DNA of 64,000 nucleotides from positions 4,832,001 to 4,896,000 of the forward strand of contig CBDBGH010000003.1 in NCBI GenBank assembly GCA_965205265.1, given 5' to 3'. The translations under genes were made by a program, and so were the position numbers. Shown here piece after piece: positions 41,026-52,393 of the stretch (positions are counted from its first letter, which is position 1; the number at the start of each line of letters is the position of its first letter). This stretch comes from Alphaproteobacteria bacterium. Lineage in GTDB: Bacteria > Pseudomonadota > Alphaproteobacteria > Bin95. Under the pieces are notes generated by a model, which saw only the letters and a program-made list of their open reading frames with translations, ran no database searches and had not been told where the DNA came from.

Positions 41026-41880
41026 ATGCACGCACCAGCCTCCAGAGTGGACGAAATACTCGACCGCCTGAACCGTCAGGCCCACCGTTCATTCCGGGGT
41101 TTCGACCTCACTGGCCTGGATTTCGGCGACGCGCATCTCGCCGGCATAGACCTGACCGACGCCAGGCTCGACGGCGCGGACTTCTCGGGCGCCGATCTCA
41201 CCGGGGCCACCCTGGCCAACGCCTCGGCAGCCGACGCCCGCTTTATCGGCGCCAGGATGGAAGGGGGCGACCTGAGCGGCATCAACGCTTGCGGCTCAAA
41301 TTTCAGGGAGGCAGTCCTGACTGCCGCAAACCTCTTTCAGGCTCGACTGAAGCGGGCCTGCTTCGAGAACGCCCGGCTGGACCAGGCCTCGCTCGTCTGT
41401 GCCGATGCCGCGGGCGCGGACTTCTCCTTTGCCCATCTCAGGGGGGCCGTTCTGGCCGAAGCCGGGTTGGACCGCTGCTCCTTCAACACCGCCGACCTCA
41501 GGGAGGCCCGGCTTACGGCAATCCAGGCCAGGGGCGCGGATTTTCACGCCGCCTCGATCTGGAGGGCCGATTTCGCTCTCGCGCAGCTCGTACAGTGTTC
41601 ATTCACATCCGCAACGACCCGGAACGAGGATATCCTCCCCTCCGGTCCCCAGGCCCACGGCGCGGACTTCCGGGGGACGGTCATCAACCACTCCACATTG
41701 ATAAACGCGGACCTGCGCGGCGCGGGCTTCGTCGAGAGCTTCATCCTCCATTCGAGCCTGGTGGCCGCCGACCTGCGCGGCGCCGTGTTCGACGACACGA
41801 CGATCGAGAACACGGACATGGAACACGCCCTGAAGGGCCCGTTCGGGACAGAGCCTGCGGACGTGCCGGACCTCGGATGA
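41026..41880 (+). CDS. Pentapeptide repeat protein 2 (close paralog of PRP1)
   Basis: Repeats; shares SIWRADF...AQLV...FRGTVINHS block with PRP1; ends VPDLG. Confidence 0.9.
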   Translation: MHAPASRVDEILDRLNRQAHRSFRGFDLTGLDFGDAHLAGIDLTDARLDGADFSGADLTGATLANASAADARFIGARMEGGDLSGINACGSNFREAVLTAANLFQARLKRACFENARLDQASLVCADAAGADFSFAHLRGAVLAEAGLDRCSFNTADLREARLTAIQARGADFHAASIWRADFALAQLVQCSFTSATTRNEDILPSGPQAHGADFRGTVINHSTLINADLRGAGFVESFILHSSLVAADLRGAVFDDTTIENTDMEHALKGPFGTEPADVPDLG

Positions 41881-41953
41881 TCCCCTTCATACGGGCTACC
41901 CAAGAACGGAAGGGAAGGGCACGCCCACATTGGCTACCACAATGATTGCCAAT

Positions 41954-41983
41954 ACAATCCGATTGTATAGACAATCGAATTGT
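41954..41983. promoter_or_regulatory. Tandem boxes site 4
   Basis: ACAATCCGATTGT 41954 (perfect), ACAATCGAATTGT 41971. Confidence 0.7.
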
Positions 41984-42053
41984 GCCAGAGAGGCACAATG
42001 AGCGCCCACGACAACATGACGCGCGAGCAACCGGAACAGGTGAACCTAACCCC

Positions 42054-42629
42054 ATGAATAACCCGGACAATATCCCGACGGTCATCGCGCCCGCGCGCAT
42101 CTGGGCTGCGATGCATGTGCTGGTGGCACAGATATGCGAGGAATCGGAAAAGGTGCCCCCCGAGATGCATGACAGGGCCCGCGACATCCTCGACGAACTT
42201 CTTGACGATCACGTCCCCGACCCCCTCTGCCCGGGTTGGATATGGACCGACCGGCTTCGCCGCGCCGAACGGTTTACCCACTGGGACGACGCCGATGAGG
42301 CTCGCGACAGCATGCCGAACGCAACCTACGAGCCCCCGGTGCCGCATATCGACGAGACGCCGGAAGGCGAGTGGCTGGTGTGGACCTTCGTCCACGGGCG
42401 GCGCGTCTGGATTGCGCCGGACCTGAACCGGAAGCTCGAGTTGCTCCAGGCCACCATGGAGAAAGCCGGAGCCGATGTTGCCCAGGCCCGGCGCCTTCTT
42501 CAGGACTCGGAAAACCGTTACCGCCATGCCTGCGACGCTGTCGCCGTGCAAACGGCTGCGAACGCGAGACTGGCGGCCGAAGAAACCGCTGTGGGGGACA
42601 ATCCTGACGACGACCTGCCGGCGCCGTGA
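42054..42629 (+). CDS. Hypothetical protein
   Basis: ORF downstream of boxes; coiled-coil C-terminus; ends DDDLPAP. Confidence 0.55.
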   Translation: MNNPDNIPTVIAPARIWAAMHVLVAQICEESEKVPPEMHDRARDILDELLDDHVPDPLCPGWIWTDRLRRAERFTHWDDADEARDSMPNATYEPPVPHIDETPEGEWLVWTFVHGRRVWIAPDLNRKLELLQATMEKAGADVAQARRLLQDSENRYRHACDAVAVQTAANARLAAEETAVGDNPDDDLPAP

Positions 42630-42642
42630 ATTCTCCCCGGAG

Positions 42643-44517
42643 CTAGTCCATGTAGCTGCGGAGCTTCCGCGACCTGGACGGGTGCTTGAGCTTCCGGAGC
42701 GCCTTTGCCTCGATCTGCCGGATGCGCTCGCGGGTGACGCCGAAGGTCTGTCCGACTTCCTCCAGCGTGTGATCGCTCTGCATGCCGATCCCGAAACGCA
42801 TCCGGACAATACGCTCCTCCCGGGCCGTCAAGGTCGCCAGCGCCCCGGTCGTGCTGACCCGCAGGGAGCTCTGGATGGCTACATCGACAGGCTGGACCGC
42901 GTTGACGTCCTCGATCATGTCGCCGAGCATGCCACCGTCGTTTTCGGCGCCGATCGGCATCTCCAGGCTCACGGGTTCCTTCGCCACCTTCATCGCCTTG
43001 CGGACCCGGTCGACCGGCATCTGAAGGCGCTCCGCCAGCTCCTCGTAGCTCGGCTCCCGGCCGAGTTCGTGAACCATCTGCTGGCTGACGCGCCTCACCT
43101 TGGTGATGGACTCCACCATGTGGACCGGCACCCGGATGGTGCGGGCCTGGTCGGCGATCGACCGCGTGATGGCCTGACGGATCCACCAGGTGGCGTAGGT
43201 CGAGAACTTGTAGCCGCGGCGGTACTCGAACTTGTCCACCGCCTTCATCAGTCCGATATTGCCTTCCTGGATCAGGTCCAGGAATTGCAGGCCGCGATTG
43301 GTGTATTTCTTCGCGATCGAGATCACCAGCCTGAGATTGGCCTCGACCATCTCCTTCTTCGCCCGGGCCGCGTCACGGTCGCCTGCCTTGACCAGGACAA
43401 GAACCTCCCGGAACTCGTCGGGCAGCATGCCGGTTTCCTGGCACAGCTCGCCGAAACGCTGGCGGGCCGCACGGATGTCCTCGCGGAAACGGCTCGAGAA
43501 CGCCTTCCAGTCTTTCCGCTGACAGATGCTGCGCATCCAGCCACGGTCGAGTTCACGTCCCCGCCAGCCCTCGAGGAAGACCTCTCGCGGCATCTTCGCG
43601 CGCCGCGCGCAGCGCAGAAGGCGACTTTCCAGGCCGACGATCTCGCGCTGCGCATCGTACAGCGCGTCGCGCATCTCCTCGACGCGAACATCGAGCAGCC
43701 TGAGTTCCCGCATGGCCAGCGCCATTTCCTGCGTGATCTCACGCCAGGTGCGCAACTGGCGCGAGGAAGGCCCTTCGCCGCCGCACGCCTTCTCGAAGCG
43801 CATGGCGCGGATCCTGGCGAGCCTCGCCTCGAGGCGCGCAATCCGGTCCATGACCTCCAGGACGTGCGGTTTCAATTCCGTTTCGGTAGCCGCCAGGGAA
43901 CGGACCGCGTTGTCGTTCGCCCCATCCCCGTCCGGCATGTCGTCCGACATGTCGTCATCGTCGGCGGCGTCCGCGGATTTCCCGAAAACCTGGACCCAGG
44001 TGGCATCGAGACTCACCACCTCGCGCAGCAGCATCTCGTTGGCGTTCAGACGGTCCCTGAACCGGAGAATCCCGGCAATCGCCAGCGGGGTCGCGCAAAT
44101 CGCGCGGACCATCTTGGTCCGCCCGGCCTCGATCCGCTTGGCGACAGCGATCTCTCCCTCACGGGAGAGCAGTTCGACTTCGCCCATTTCTCGCATATAG
44201 AGGCGGACCGGGTCATCCGTCCGTGACGCCGTCTCGTCATCGACGTTTCCGGACCGCTTGACTTCCGCCAGACCTGACTCCGAAGAGGTCCCGGATATGC
44301 CGTCCTCGTCCTCGACAACCTCGATCCCCAGCTCGGCCAGGGCGGTCATCATGTCCTCGATCTGGTCGGACGATACGCGGTCCGAGGGCAGGGCGGCATT
44401 CAATTCCCCATAGGAGACCTGACCGGTCTCCCTGCCTTTCTCCACCAAGGCTTTCATGGCCTCTTCCGGAGACACGCCAGGCTCCCGATCCTGTACGCGT
44501 TCCGTTGCATTCGCCAT
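42643..44517 (-). CDS. rpoD: RNA polymerase primary-type sigma factor RpoD
   Basis: Region 1.1, [81 protein letters not shown]. Confidence 0.97.
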   Translation of the reverse strand: MANATERVQDREPGVSPEEAMKALVEKGRETGQVSYGELNAALPSDRVSSDQIEDMMTALAELGIEVVEDEDGISGTSSESGLAEVKRSGNVDDETASRTDDPVRLYMREMGEVELLSREGEIAVAKRIEAGRTKMVRAICATPLAIAGILRFRDRLNANEMLLREVVSLDATWVQVFGKSADAADDDDMSDDMPDGDGANDNAVRSLAATETELKPHVLEVMDRIARLEARLARIRAMRFEKACGGEGPSSRQLRTWREITQEMALAMRELRLLDVRVEEMRDALYDAQREIVGLESRLLRCARRAKMPREVFLEGWRGRELDRGWMRSICQRKDWKAFSSRFREDIRAARQRFGELCQETGMLPDEFREVLVLVKAGDRDAARAKKEMVEANLRLVISIAKKYTNRGLQFLDLIQEGNIGLMKAVDKFEYRRGYKFSTYATWWIRQAITRSIADQARTIRVPVHMVESITKVRRVSQQMVHELGREPSYEELAERLQMPVDRVRKAMKVAKEPVSLEMPIGAENDGGMLGDMIEDVNAVQPVDVAIQSSLRVSTTGALATLTAREERIVRMRFGIGMQSDHTLEEVGQTFGVTRERIRQIEAKALRKLKHPSRSRKLRSYMD

Positions 44518-44646
44518 TCGCGCGTCTCCCGTGATCTCCCGATTGTCCCCGGTTATCGAAAATGGTCACCGGCGGCTGCCGGGTCAACGCATCCTTCCTA
44601 TTTTCACGGCCAGCCTGCATTCTGGGGCTCCAGGAAGGAGGGAACA

Positions 44647-45345
44647 ATGAGCGAGCCGCACACCGACATGGAGGGAACCCCGGCACCCCGGGAAAACCTG
44701 AGCGCAGAGCGCGTCATTGAACTCTACAAGGAGGGACGACGCGATTTCAGCGGACTTGACCTTTCCTTCCGGTCCTTCGGCGAGGCCGTGCTGCCGGGCA
44801 TAGACCTGAGCGACACCAACCTCCAGAATTCCAGTTTCCGCGGAGCGTACCTCCGCCGGGCCGATTTCACCGAGGCATGGACGATCGGGGCGGATTTTTC
44901 GTTCGCCGACCTGCGGGAGGCCGATTTCACCGATTCCGGCGCCAACGCCCTGGACGGGGCACAATGCGAGGGGGCCCGCTTCTTCGGCTGCCATCTCTGC
45001 GATACGACGGTAGCCGGAGCCACCTTCGCCGGCGCGACTTTCCGCGGCGCCACCATCGAGGGAGTGTCCTTCGACGGACACGACCTGTCGGGTATCGACT
45101 TCTCCCGTGGCCATATCGTCAACACCCGCTTCACAAGAGCCAATCTTCACAAGGCGAAATTCCACGACACCCGGATCATCCAGTGCGGTTTCGACGATGC
45201 GGACATGGGGCTCGCCAACATGCGGGGAAGCTCGCTGGAAGACTGCGCCCTGACGCCCGGGCAGATCGATCAGCTCGCCGAAGGACCGGAGGTGGTGAGG
45301 ACCGGTCAGGACAGCCGGTTACCGGAACCGCCGCCCGAACAGTGA
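44647..45345 (+). CDS. Pentapeptide repeat protein 3
   Basis: N-cap RVIELYKEGRRDF; ends PEPPPEQ. Confidence 0.9.
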   Translation: MSEPHTDMEGTPAPRENLSAERVIELYKEGRRDFSGLDLSFRSFGEAVLPGIDLSDTNLQNSSFRGAYLRRADFTEAWTIGADFSFADLREADFTDSGANALDGAQCEGARFFGCHLCDTTVAGATFAGATFRGATIEGVSFDGHDLSGIDFSRGHIVNTRFTRANLHKAKFHDTRIIQCGFDDADMGLANMRGSSLEDCALTPGQIDQLAEGPEVVRTGQDSRLPEPPPEQ

Positions 45346-45359
45346 CCGGAGCAAGGCGC

Positions 45360-46463
45360 ATGTCCCGCGATGAACTGCTCCGGCTCTATGCCGCCGGAGA
45401 GCGGGATTTCCGCAATGCCGACTTCTCGGGCGAAGATCTCTCGGACCTGGACCTCGGCGAAGCCCGGTTCCGGTTTGCAAAATTCCGAGGAACCACCCTT
45501 ATCAGCACAATACTTCGTCGAACCGACATAAGAGGGGCGGATTTCACCGGCGCGCTCATCGTTGGCATCGTGTTTGCGAGAGCCAATCTCGGTCAGGCGC
45601 GTTTCAACGACGCTCGAATAGCTGGCTGCGACTTCCATGGCGCCCTAATGGAACAAACAGACCTGCAAGGGGTGCGCCTCGAGAGCTGCGGGTTCCTTGG
45701 CGCCGGGATGGAACTGGTCAACATGAAAGGGGCCAACCTCGACCGCTGCGCGATCTTGGAAGAACAGCTGGCGGGTCTGACGGGCCAGCCTGACACCATC
45801 ATCCCGGATAAGGGCCTCCCGAAACGCTCTGCGTGCAGGAAGCCCCGCTTCTCTGACGTAGAACATATGGCCCGCGGCGAGCTCGCCTGCCGCTATGCGG
45901 CCGGGGAGCGCCGTTTCGAGGGTCTCGATTTCTCGGACGAGGACCTCTCGGGCCTGGACCTCAGCCATGCTTATTTCGATTTCTCGATCTTCCGCGGAAG
46001 CTCTCTCAGGAAGACGCGACTGCACCGGGCGCGTCTTGCAGACGCGGACTTGGCCGAATCCGACCTCCGGGAAGCGGACCTTTCGGAAGCAGGCATGGAA
46101 TGGGTCATGCTTGACGGTGCCGATCTCCGGCAGGCAATTCTCGATCGCACCAACCCGCGCTATGCCTCCATGGCCCGGGCGCGCTTGGCCGGGGCATCGC
46201 TGCGATATGCGGATATGACGGGGGCCCTCTGTTTCGGGGCGGATTTCACCGGCGCCGATCTCTCCCATACCTTCATCCATGAAGCGGACTTCCGCGAAAC
46301 CCACATCGCCGCCACCCTGTTCGACGGCGCCGATATCCGGAAGAGCCGTTTTCACGGCGCCGCTCCGGCAAAGGCCGGCATGCCCGGCGCCGGGGTCGAC
46401 GACGAAAGCAAGTCCACGATGAACCCGGCCGCGAGTGAGCCGGACGTCCCGGCCCCTGGGTAA
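45360..46463 (+). CDS. Pentapeptide repeat protein 4 (two tandem modules)
   Basis: ELLRLYAAGERDF, then a second ELACRYAAGERRF module; ends DVPAPG. Confidence 0.9.
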   Translation: MSRDELLRLYAAGERDFRNADFSGEDLSDLDLGEARFRFAKFRGTTLISTILRRTDIRGADFTGALIVGIVFARANLGQARFNDARIAGCDFHGALMEQTDLQGVRLESCGFLGAGMELVNMKGANLDRCAILEEQLAGLTGQPDTIIPDKGLPKRSACRKPRFSDVEHMARGELACRYAAGERRFEGLDFSDEDLSGLDLSHAYFDFSIFRGSSLRKTRLHRARLADADLAESDLREADLSEAGMEWVMLDGADLRQAILDRTNPRYASMARARLAGASLRYADMTGALCFGADFTGADLSHTFIHEADFRETHIAATLFDGADIRKSRFHGAAPAKAGMPGAGVDDESKSTMNPAASEPDVPAPG

Positions 46464-46662
46464 CCGGGCACAGGAGAGAGCAATGACGCAAGATCCCAGG
46501 GACGACGACACGCCTTCCCTACAGCCGTCACGGGCCGCCCGGCTGCGCGCGGGGCGCAGCGGCTTTGTATCCGGTAACGACGGGGAACCTCGATTTTGCG
46601 GATTCAATCATCGGGTCAGGGAAGGCCTCCAGCACAAAGCCCTCACAGCCCGGGAGACTCGT

Positions 46663-47478
46663 ATGCCTCAAGCCGCCAGAGAGGCCCGCAAGCTGACGGC
46701 CGTCGACGTCCTGGCCCGTTACAGGAACGGGGAGCGTGACTTTTCGGAGTGTGCCCTGGCCGGCGCCGATTTCGCCGGCGCAGATCTTCGCGGCATCGAC
46801 TTCACGGAGGCAGATCTGCGCGGGGCGTCCTTCACGGGAGCCCGGCTCGACAATGCAAAGTTCAACAACGCCGCCCTGTTTCATGCCAAATTCTACGGAG
46901 CCCGGCTCGAAGGGGCGGAATTCATCTTCGCCTCGATGCATGAAGCGGACATGAGCCACGCGGAGTGTCCGCATGCGCGGTTCGACAGGGCCGACATGAC
47001 CAAGGTTCAGGCCGGACATGCCGATTTCACGGAGGCGTCCTTCCTGCGCGCCAATCTCGTGCGGGCCGCCATGAGTCAGGCGATCCTGGTGCGCGCCAAT
47101 CTCCACGGCGCGAAATTGGCGGGAGCCGACTTCTCGCAAGCAAACATGCAGGAGGCATGTATCGACAGGGCCGTCGCCAACGGCGCGGACTGCATCGGGG
47201 CCGACATGACCGGAGCCAGTCTCCGCATGGCGAACTTCGACGATTCCGGCCTGTCCGGAGTTAATCTCACCGGCGCGGACTGCAGGGACGCCTCCTTCGA
47301 CAATGCCGGCATGGAAGGGGCCATACTCGATCATGGCCTCTTCGACGGCGCCGAATTCACCTGGACGCAGATGGACGGGGTTTCCGCGAGAGGGGCCGAC
47401 CTCTCGGGCGCCGACACCAGCGACGCCACCCTGGACCTGTCGGCAACGGCCGGCACGACCGGCACGCCGGCTCCCTGA
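46663..47478 (+). CDS. Pentapeptide repeat protein 5
   Basis: DVLARYRNGERDF; ends GTPAP. Start chosen by RBS; ORF open from 46435. Confidence 0.9.
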   Translation: MPQAAREARKLTAVDVLARYRNGERDFSECALAGADFAGADLRGIDFTEADLRGASFTGARLDNAKFNNAALFHAKFYGARLEGAEFIFASMHEADMSHAECPHARFDRADMTKVQAGHADFTEASFLRANLVRAAMSQAILVRANLHGAKLAGADFSQANMQEACIDRAVANGADCIGADMTGASLRMANFDDSGLSGVNLTGADCRDASFDNAGMEGAILDHGLFDGAEFTWTQMDGVSARGADLSGADTSDATLDLSATAGTTGTPAP

Positions 47479-47483
47479 ACCGG

Positions 47484-48416
47484 ATGTCCAGACACGCAAC
47501 GGCACCAGGATCGCGAATGCGCCGCATCCCGCTCGTCAAGGCGTCTGAAATCCGGAAGGACCATGCTGCCGGCCGTCGCGATTTCCGGTGTATCGCGATC
47601 CATCCGGACGATACGGACCTCTCCGGCGCGGACCTGCGCGGCACCGACTTTTCGGGGGCCCTGCTGGCCAATGCAAACATGACCGACGCGAACCTCCGGA
47701 AGGCCAGGTTCACGGGTGCGGACCTGCGCGGGGCGCTGCTCATCCGCGCCAACCTGTCGCGTCATCCTCTGGACGACGCGAATTTCAGGCGGGCGGACCT
47801 GACGCGCGCGGACCTGACCGACGCCCGGTGCGCCGGGGCGGACCTCATCGGCGCCATCCTTGCCGAGGCCGACATGAAAGGGGCCAATCTCTCGAAAGCG
47901 GTCGCGTTGTGGGGGGACTTTACCGAGGCCCGGATGGACGCCATCGACTTCACGGGCGCGCGCCTGAACCACGCGCGCTTTCTCAAGGCCCTCGCTCCCA
48001 GACAACGTCCGGCGCTCTTCCGCGGGGCGGACCTCTCGGACGCCACACTTCGCGGGGCGAGTTTCGCCTGTGCCGATTTTGGCGAAACCGACTTGCGGCG
48101 CGCCGTAATGAGCTTCGGGATATTTTCCGGAGCATCCTTCCATGGAAGCAGGTTGCGCAACAGCGAACTCTCCTCGGCCAGCATGCGCGAGACCGATATG
48201 ACCGAAGCGGATCTCGCGTCGGCCGACTGCTTCGAGGCCGATTTTACGGGCTCCAAATTTGTGAACACGGGGGTTAAGGGGACGAAATTCGCTTACACGA
48301 AGCTCAGTCTGGTCGACTTCACCGGGACCGAGTTCGATCCGGCGAAAGCCTCTTCATGCGATCTTCAGGACGCCGTTTTCCCGGGACTCGCCGGCTCCGT
48401 CCCGGGTCCTGGCTGA
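47484..48416 (+). CDS. Pentapeptide repeat protein 6
   Basis: EIRKDHAAGRRDF; ends VPGPG. Confidence 0.9.
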   Translation: MSRHATAPGSRMRRIPLVKASEIRKDHAAGRRDFRCIAIHPDDTDLSGADLRGTDFSGALLANANMTDANLRKARFTGADLRGALLIRANLSRHPLDDANFRRADLTRADLTDARCAGADLIGAILAEADMKGANLSKAVALWGDFTEARMDAIDFTGARLNHARFLKALAPRQRPALFRGADLSDATLRGASFACADFGETDLRRAVMSFGIFSGASFHGSRLRNSELSSASMRETDMTEADLASADCFEADFTGSKFVNTGVKGTKFAYTKLSLVDFTGTEFDPAKASSCDLQDAVFPGLAGSVPGPG

Positions 48417-48442
48417 GAGAGCGGCCGTGACTGCACATTGAG

Positions 48443-48489
48443 ACAATTCGATTGACATAACAATCTGATTGCGACAATTATCCGATTGT
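48443..48489. promoter_or_regulatory. Tandem boxes site 5 (three boxes)
   Basis: ACAATTCGATTGA 48443, ACAATCTGATTGC 48460, ATTATCCGATTGT 48477; TTGACA at 48452. Confidence 0.7.
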
Positions 48490-48592
48490 ATGCCGAGCGG
48501 AGCTTGCGGATGCGAAAAGGCCGTTGTCTTCTGTCACGGATCCATGAGCGGGGCGGGCCACGCAAGCGGGGCCGGGCGGAAGAGGCGCCGCA

Positions 48593-49891
48593 ATGACCCC
48601 CGGGGCAGCGCCAGGCGTAACCGAAGTCCCGCTGGGGATAGACATCCTCCAGAGGGACCTTTTCCGTCGCAATCCGGCCTTCCGGACCCTCCCGGCGGGT
48701 CGGGAGCCCTGCTTCGTGAACGCGTTTGCCGGCTGCGGCGGGCTTGCCCTGGGCCTTGTGCGTGCCGGATGGACCGGCCTGCTTGCGATAGAGGAACGGC
48801 AAGCCGCATGGGAAACCCTCTCGGCCAACCTCCTGCACCTGCACGCATTCGCCTGGCCAGCGGACATCGAATGCCGCGCCTGGTCTCTGGGCAGCCTTCT
48901 CGCGACTCATCGCGGGACGCTTGCCTCCCTTGCCGGCAACGTCGATCTCCTGGCGGGCGCTGTGCCGTGCAGTCCCGGGACCGCCCCCGAAGATCCGGCC
49001 AACCGCATCTGGCAGGATTTCCTGTCGCTTGCCGACATGCTGCGGCCCGCAGCGATACTGATCGAGAGTATGCCGGCCTTCGTGCGCTCTCCGCGCAACC
49101 GCGGCTCGGGCAGGACCGGAACGAGTTTCGCCGGCCACTTCCAGGAATCGCTTCCCGGATACGATGCGGCCGCAGCGCTGCTCGATGCGGGGGCCTTCGG
49201 CGTGCCGCAGCGCCGGCGGCGTGTCTGGGTCATCGCCACCCGGAACGACCTCGATCTGCCTGTCCAGGTCGCCGGTTTCTTCGACCGGGCCGGACGCGAT
49301 GCCTCGCTTTTCCTGCATGAACGCGGGCTTCCGCCGTCGCCGACCGCCGAGGAGGCCATCGGTGACCTGGAAACAGACGGCAATTCCGTCCCGGCCTATG
49401 GCGGGCCCCGGACGGCCTTCCAGGACGTCATGCACCGCGGATGCAACGACGAACCGGCCGACCGGCGTCTGACCCGACACAGCCATGCCGTGCAGGCGCA
49501 ATACCGGAAGGCCATTTCCCGGGCGCAACGCCCGACCGGCACCAAGAAGGCCGGGAAGGAGGGACCCGGACGCCCGACGCGAGTCCTGGAGCGGTCCCGG
49601 CCGGCGCCTCCGGTGCCGGCAAGTCCCGAAGACCTGCTTCACTACGCCGAACCGCGGACATTGACGGTCCGTGAGGCGGCCCGCCTGCAGACCTTTCCGG
49701 ACGAGTTCGCTTTCCACGGCGTTCACACGGCAAGCGGCACACGCCGCAACCGGGTGATGCCGCGCTATGCCTAGGTCGGCACAGCGACGCCGCCGCTGCT
49801 TGCGGAACAGATCGGCAGGGCCCTGTCCCGGCTCCTCCAGCATGGAGACAGGGCGCGGTCCGACATCCGCGAGCCCGCTATACATCATTGA
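48593..49891 (+). pseudogene. C5 cytosine DNA methyltransferase with in-frame TAG at 49772-49774
   Basis: FAGCGG, GAVPC, ESM (for ENV), FGVPQRRRR, TVREAARLQTFPD; after the stop VGTATPPLLAEQIG (motif X). Confidence 0.85.
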
Positions 49892-50289
49892 CCCGGGCCC
49901 GGACCAGGCGAGCGAAGAGCGGCGACGGATGACGGAAAGAACCTGGCGATGTTGCCGCTGCGACGGACTGTTCCGGCGTGAGGACGTGGTGTCTGCGCCC
50001 GACGTCGCGAGGCCGTCAATCCGCCTTGGGAAATCCCCATGGATGTGCCTGGCCTGCCACGATGTCGACGCGGGTCCCGGCACGATGGCGGGTATCCGGA
50101 AGGACGGAGACACCGGCGAACCGCCGATGCCTCACCTATGGATGGACAAGACGTTCGGTCGCGGGCCTGCCCTTACCATGTGCCGGATTTGCGGCTTCCT
50201 CCAGAACGAGAACAACATCGATGCGCCGTGCCGGGGCAATCCCGGCGTGGCGTTCCGCACCGTCAGCCGGTCTTTGTAGGCAGCTCGTT

Positions 50290-51357
50290 TCAGGGCGCTG
50301 CGGCCGGCTCTTCCTCCCAGGCGTCGAACCGGGCGCCCGTGCAGAAGGATTGGGCGAAAGACGCCGGCCGGTCGATGCGGGCGCCGCGGAAATCGGCTCC
50401 CGTGAAGTCGGCGCCCCGAGGATGAATACGGGCAATCTCCGTCTCTCGCAGATCGGCGCCTGACATCCTTGTTGCATCCAGGCCCGTCATGACGAACCGG
50501 GCGCCGCGCGCACGGAAGTTTTCGCATTCCGCACCGGACAGGTCCGCATCCTGGAGATTCACCTTCTCCATGGAGACGCTGCGCAACACCGCCCGGACCG
50601 CCGTCGTTCCGACAAGCTTCGCCTCGTCGAGGATGACGCTGCCGAGTTCGGCTTGCCGCATGTGCGCCCCACCGAGATCGGTCAGGCGCATGTCGGCACC
50701 GACCAGCTTTGCTCTTGTGAACGTGCAGTTCGCGAAATCCGCACCCGCCGCCCGGATGCCGGTGATGCGGGCGTCGCTGAAATCGGCGAGCCCGGCTTTC
50801 GCCTGCTCGAGAACACAGTCCCCAATCAGGGCGTCGGCGAACATGACCCGCAGCAGGTCGGCCTTGGCCATCCTGCACTTCAGGAACCGGGCCCCCGCGC
50901 AATTGGCGCCGCGCATCTGCGCTTCTTCCATCTGGCAATCGCTGAATTCGGCCTGGTCCAGCCGGGCGCCCTCGAAAATGGTGCGATACAGGTCCGTGCC
51001 GACGAAACGGCAGCCGCGCAGGTCGGCATCGACGAAACTCGCGGCAGCGAGTTCCGTTTCGTGAAAGAAGGCCTTCTCGAAGACCGAGCCCGTGAACACG
51101 GCCTCGCTCATCCGGGCGCCTTCGAAACGGCAATCCTCGAAAACGCAGTCCGTGAAGTCCGAGGCGCCGAGTTCCACGTCGTTGAACGGCGTGGCCTCGA
51201 AAAGGCAGCCGTCGAAATTGGCGCCGGTCAAATCGAGTTCGACAAAACCCGACCCGGGCGGCTCCGACCGGATGTGGAGGTCCCGAAAGCTGCGGTCGCC
51301 TGCCTCATACCGGGCAAGCAAATCCCGGGGACCGATCATTTGCCGTTCCGTCGCCAT
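50290..51357 (-). CDS. Pentapeptide repeat protein 7
   Basis: DLLARYEAGDRSF; longest single repeat run; ends EEEPAAAP. Confidence 0.9.
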   Translation of the reverse strand: MATERQMIGPRDLLARYEAGDRSFRDLHIRSEPPGSGFVELDLTGANFDGCLFEATPFNDVELGASDFTDCVFEDCRFEGARMSEAVFTGSVFEKAFFHETELAAASFVDADLRGCRFVGTDLYRTIFEGARLDQAEFSDCQMEEAQMRGANCAGARFLKCRMAKADLLRVMFADALIGDCVLEQAKAGLADFSDARITGIRAAGADFANCTFTRAKLVGADMRLTDLGGAHMRQAELGSVILDEAKLVGTTAVRAVLRSVSMEKVNLQDADLSGAECENFRARGARFVMTGLDATRMSGADLRETEIARIHPRGADFTGADFRGARIDRPASFAQSFCTGARFDAWEEEPAAAP

Positions 51358-51511
51358 TACAGCTTTTCCCTCCCGGATTGATACCTGCGGTTTTCTGGAA
51401 AAGCATCCTGAGGCGCGGGCCTGAAAATGCCAAGGTTTTGGCAATTTCAGACGAGGCCGACACACTGCGCAGGCGCTTCTTCCCCAACCTGCTGGTCCGG
51501 AGGGCATTGCC

Positions 51512-52393
51512 TTGGCTCACACACTGAGAATGACGACGCGGGAGCTTCTTCAACGCTATGGCGATGGGGAACGCGGCTTTGCCGGCATAACCTTCATCCT
51601 GCCGATCGAGCTTGAGGGCGCGGATCTGCGCGGGGCGGACTTCTCCGGGGCGATTTTCGAAGACGCTCTCATGCCGGGGGCCGACCTGCGCGGCTGCAAT
51701 CTCGCTGGCGCCTCCTTCCGTAATGCCAAACTCCAAGATGTGCGATTCACGACCCTGCCGGACCATCCGGATGCGACGGTCAGGCGGGCCGATTTCACCG
51801 GCGCCGATCTCGCCGGCGCGGACTTCTCCGACACGAACCTGCGGGGGAGCTGTTTCCGCGGCTCCAACCTTCTCGATGCCCGGCTCGCCGGCATTAACCT
51901 GCGCGAAGCGGATCTCCGCGATGCGGACCTCTCGCATGCCGTGTTCGACGGGGCGGATCTATCGGACGCCGACTTCCGGGACACCGATCTGGCCGGGATC
52001 AATCTCCGGCGGTGCGAGATGCTGCGCGCCGACTTCAGCGGCGCGAGTCTCTATGATGCAGACCTCACGGACAGCAATCTGGCCGAAGCGGTCTTCGCGG
52101 ATGCAGACCTCACAGGAACCCGGCTTATCGGTTGCTTTCTGGCTCGGGCCAATTTCGAGCGAGCCCTGCTCGCCGACACCGATCTCTACGACGCCGAGTT
52201 GCAGAACGCCCGGTTCTGCAATGCCCAGGCGCAGGGCGCATCTTTCCGGCGGTCACGTCTCGCCGAGGCCGATTTCTCCGGGGCCCTGGTGAGGAACAGC
52301 GACTTCACGGACGCCGAAATCGCCGGAACCGTCAATCTCATAACCAGCGCCTCCCTGGTGAGAAGCGTCATGATGCGCCCGCCGACGGGCTGA
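51512..52393 (+). CDS. Pentapeptide repeat protein 8
   Basis: ELLQRYGDGERGF; very regular ADL repeats; ends RPPTG. Confidence 0.9.
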   Translation: MAHTLRMTTRELLQRYGDGERGFAGITFILPIELEGADLRGADFSGAIFEDALMPGADLRGCNLAGASFRNAKLQDVRFTTLPDHPDATVRRADFTGADLAGADFSDTNLRGSCFRGSNLLDARLAGINLREADLRDADLSHAVFDGADLSDADFRDTDLAGINLRRCEMLRADFSGASLYDADLTDSNLAEAVFADADLTGTRLIGCFLARANFERALLADTDLYDAELQNARFCNAQAQGASFRRSRLAEADFSGALVRNSDFTDAEIAGTVNLITSASLVRSVMMRPPTG

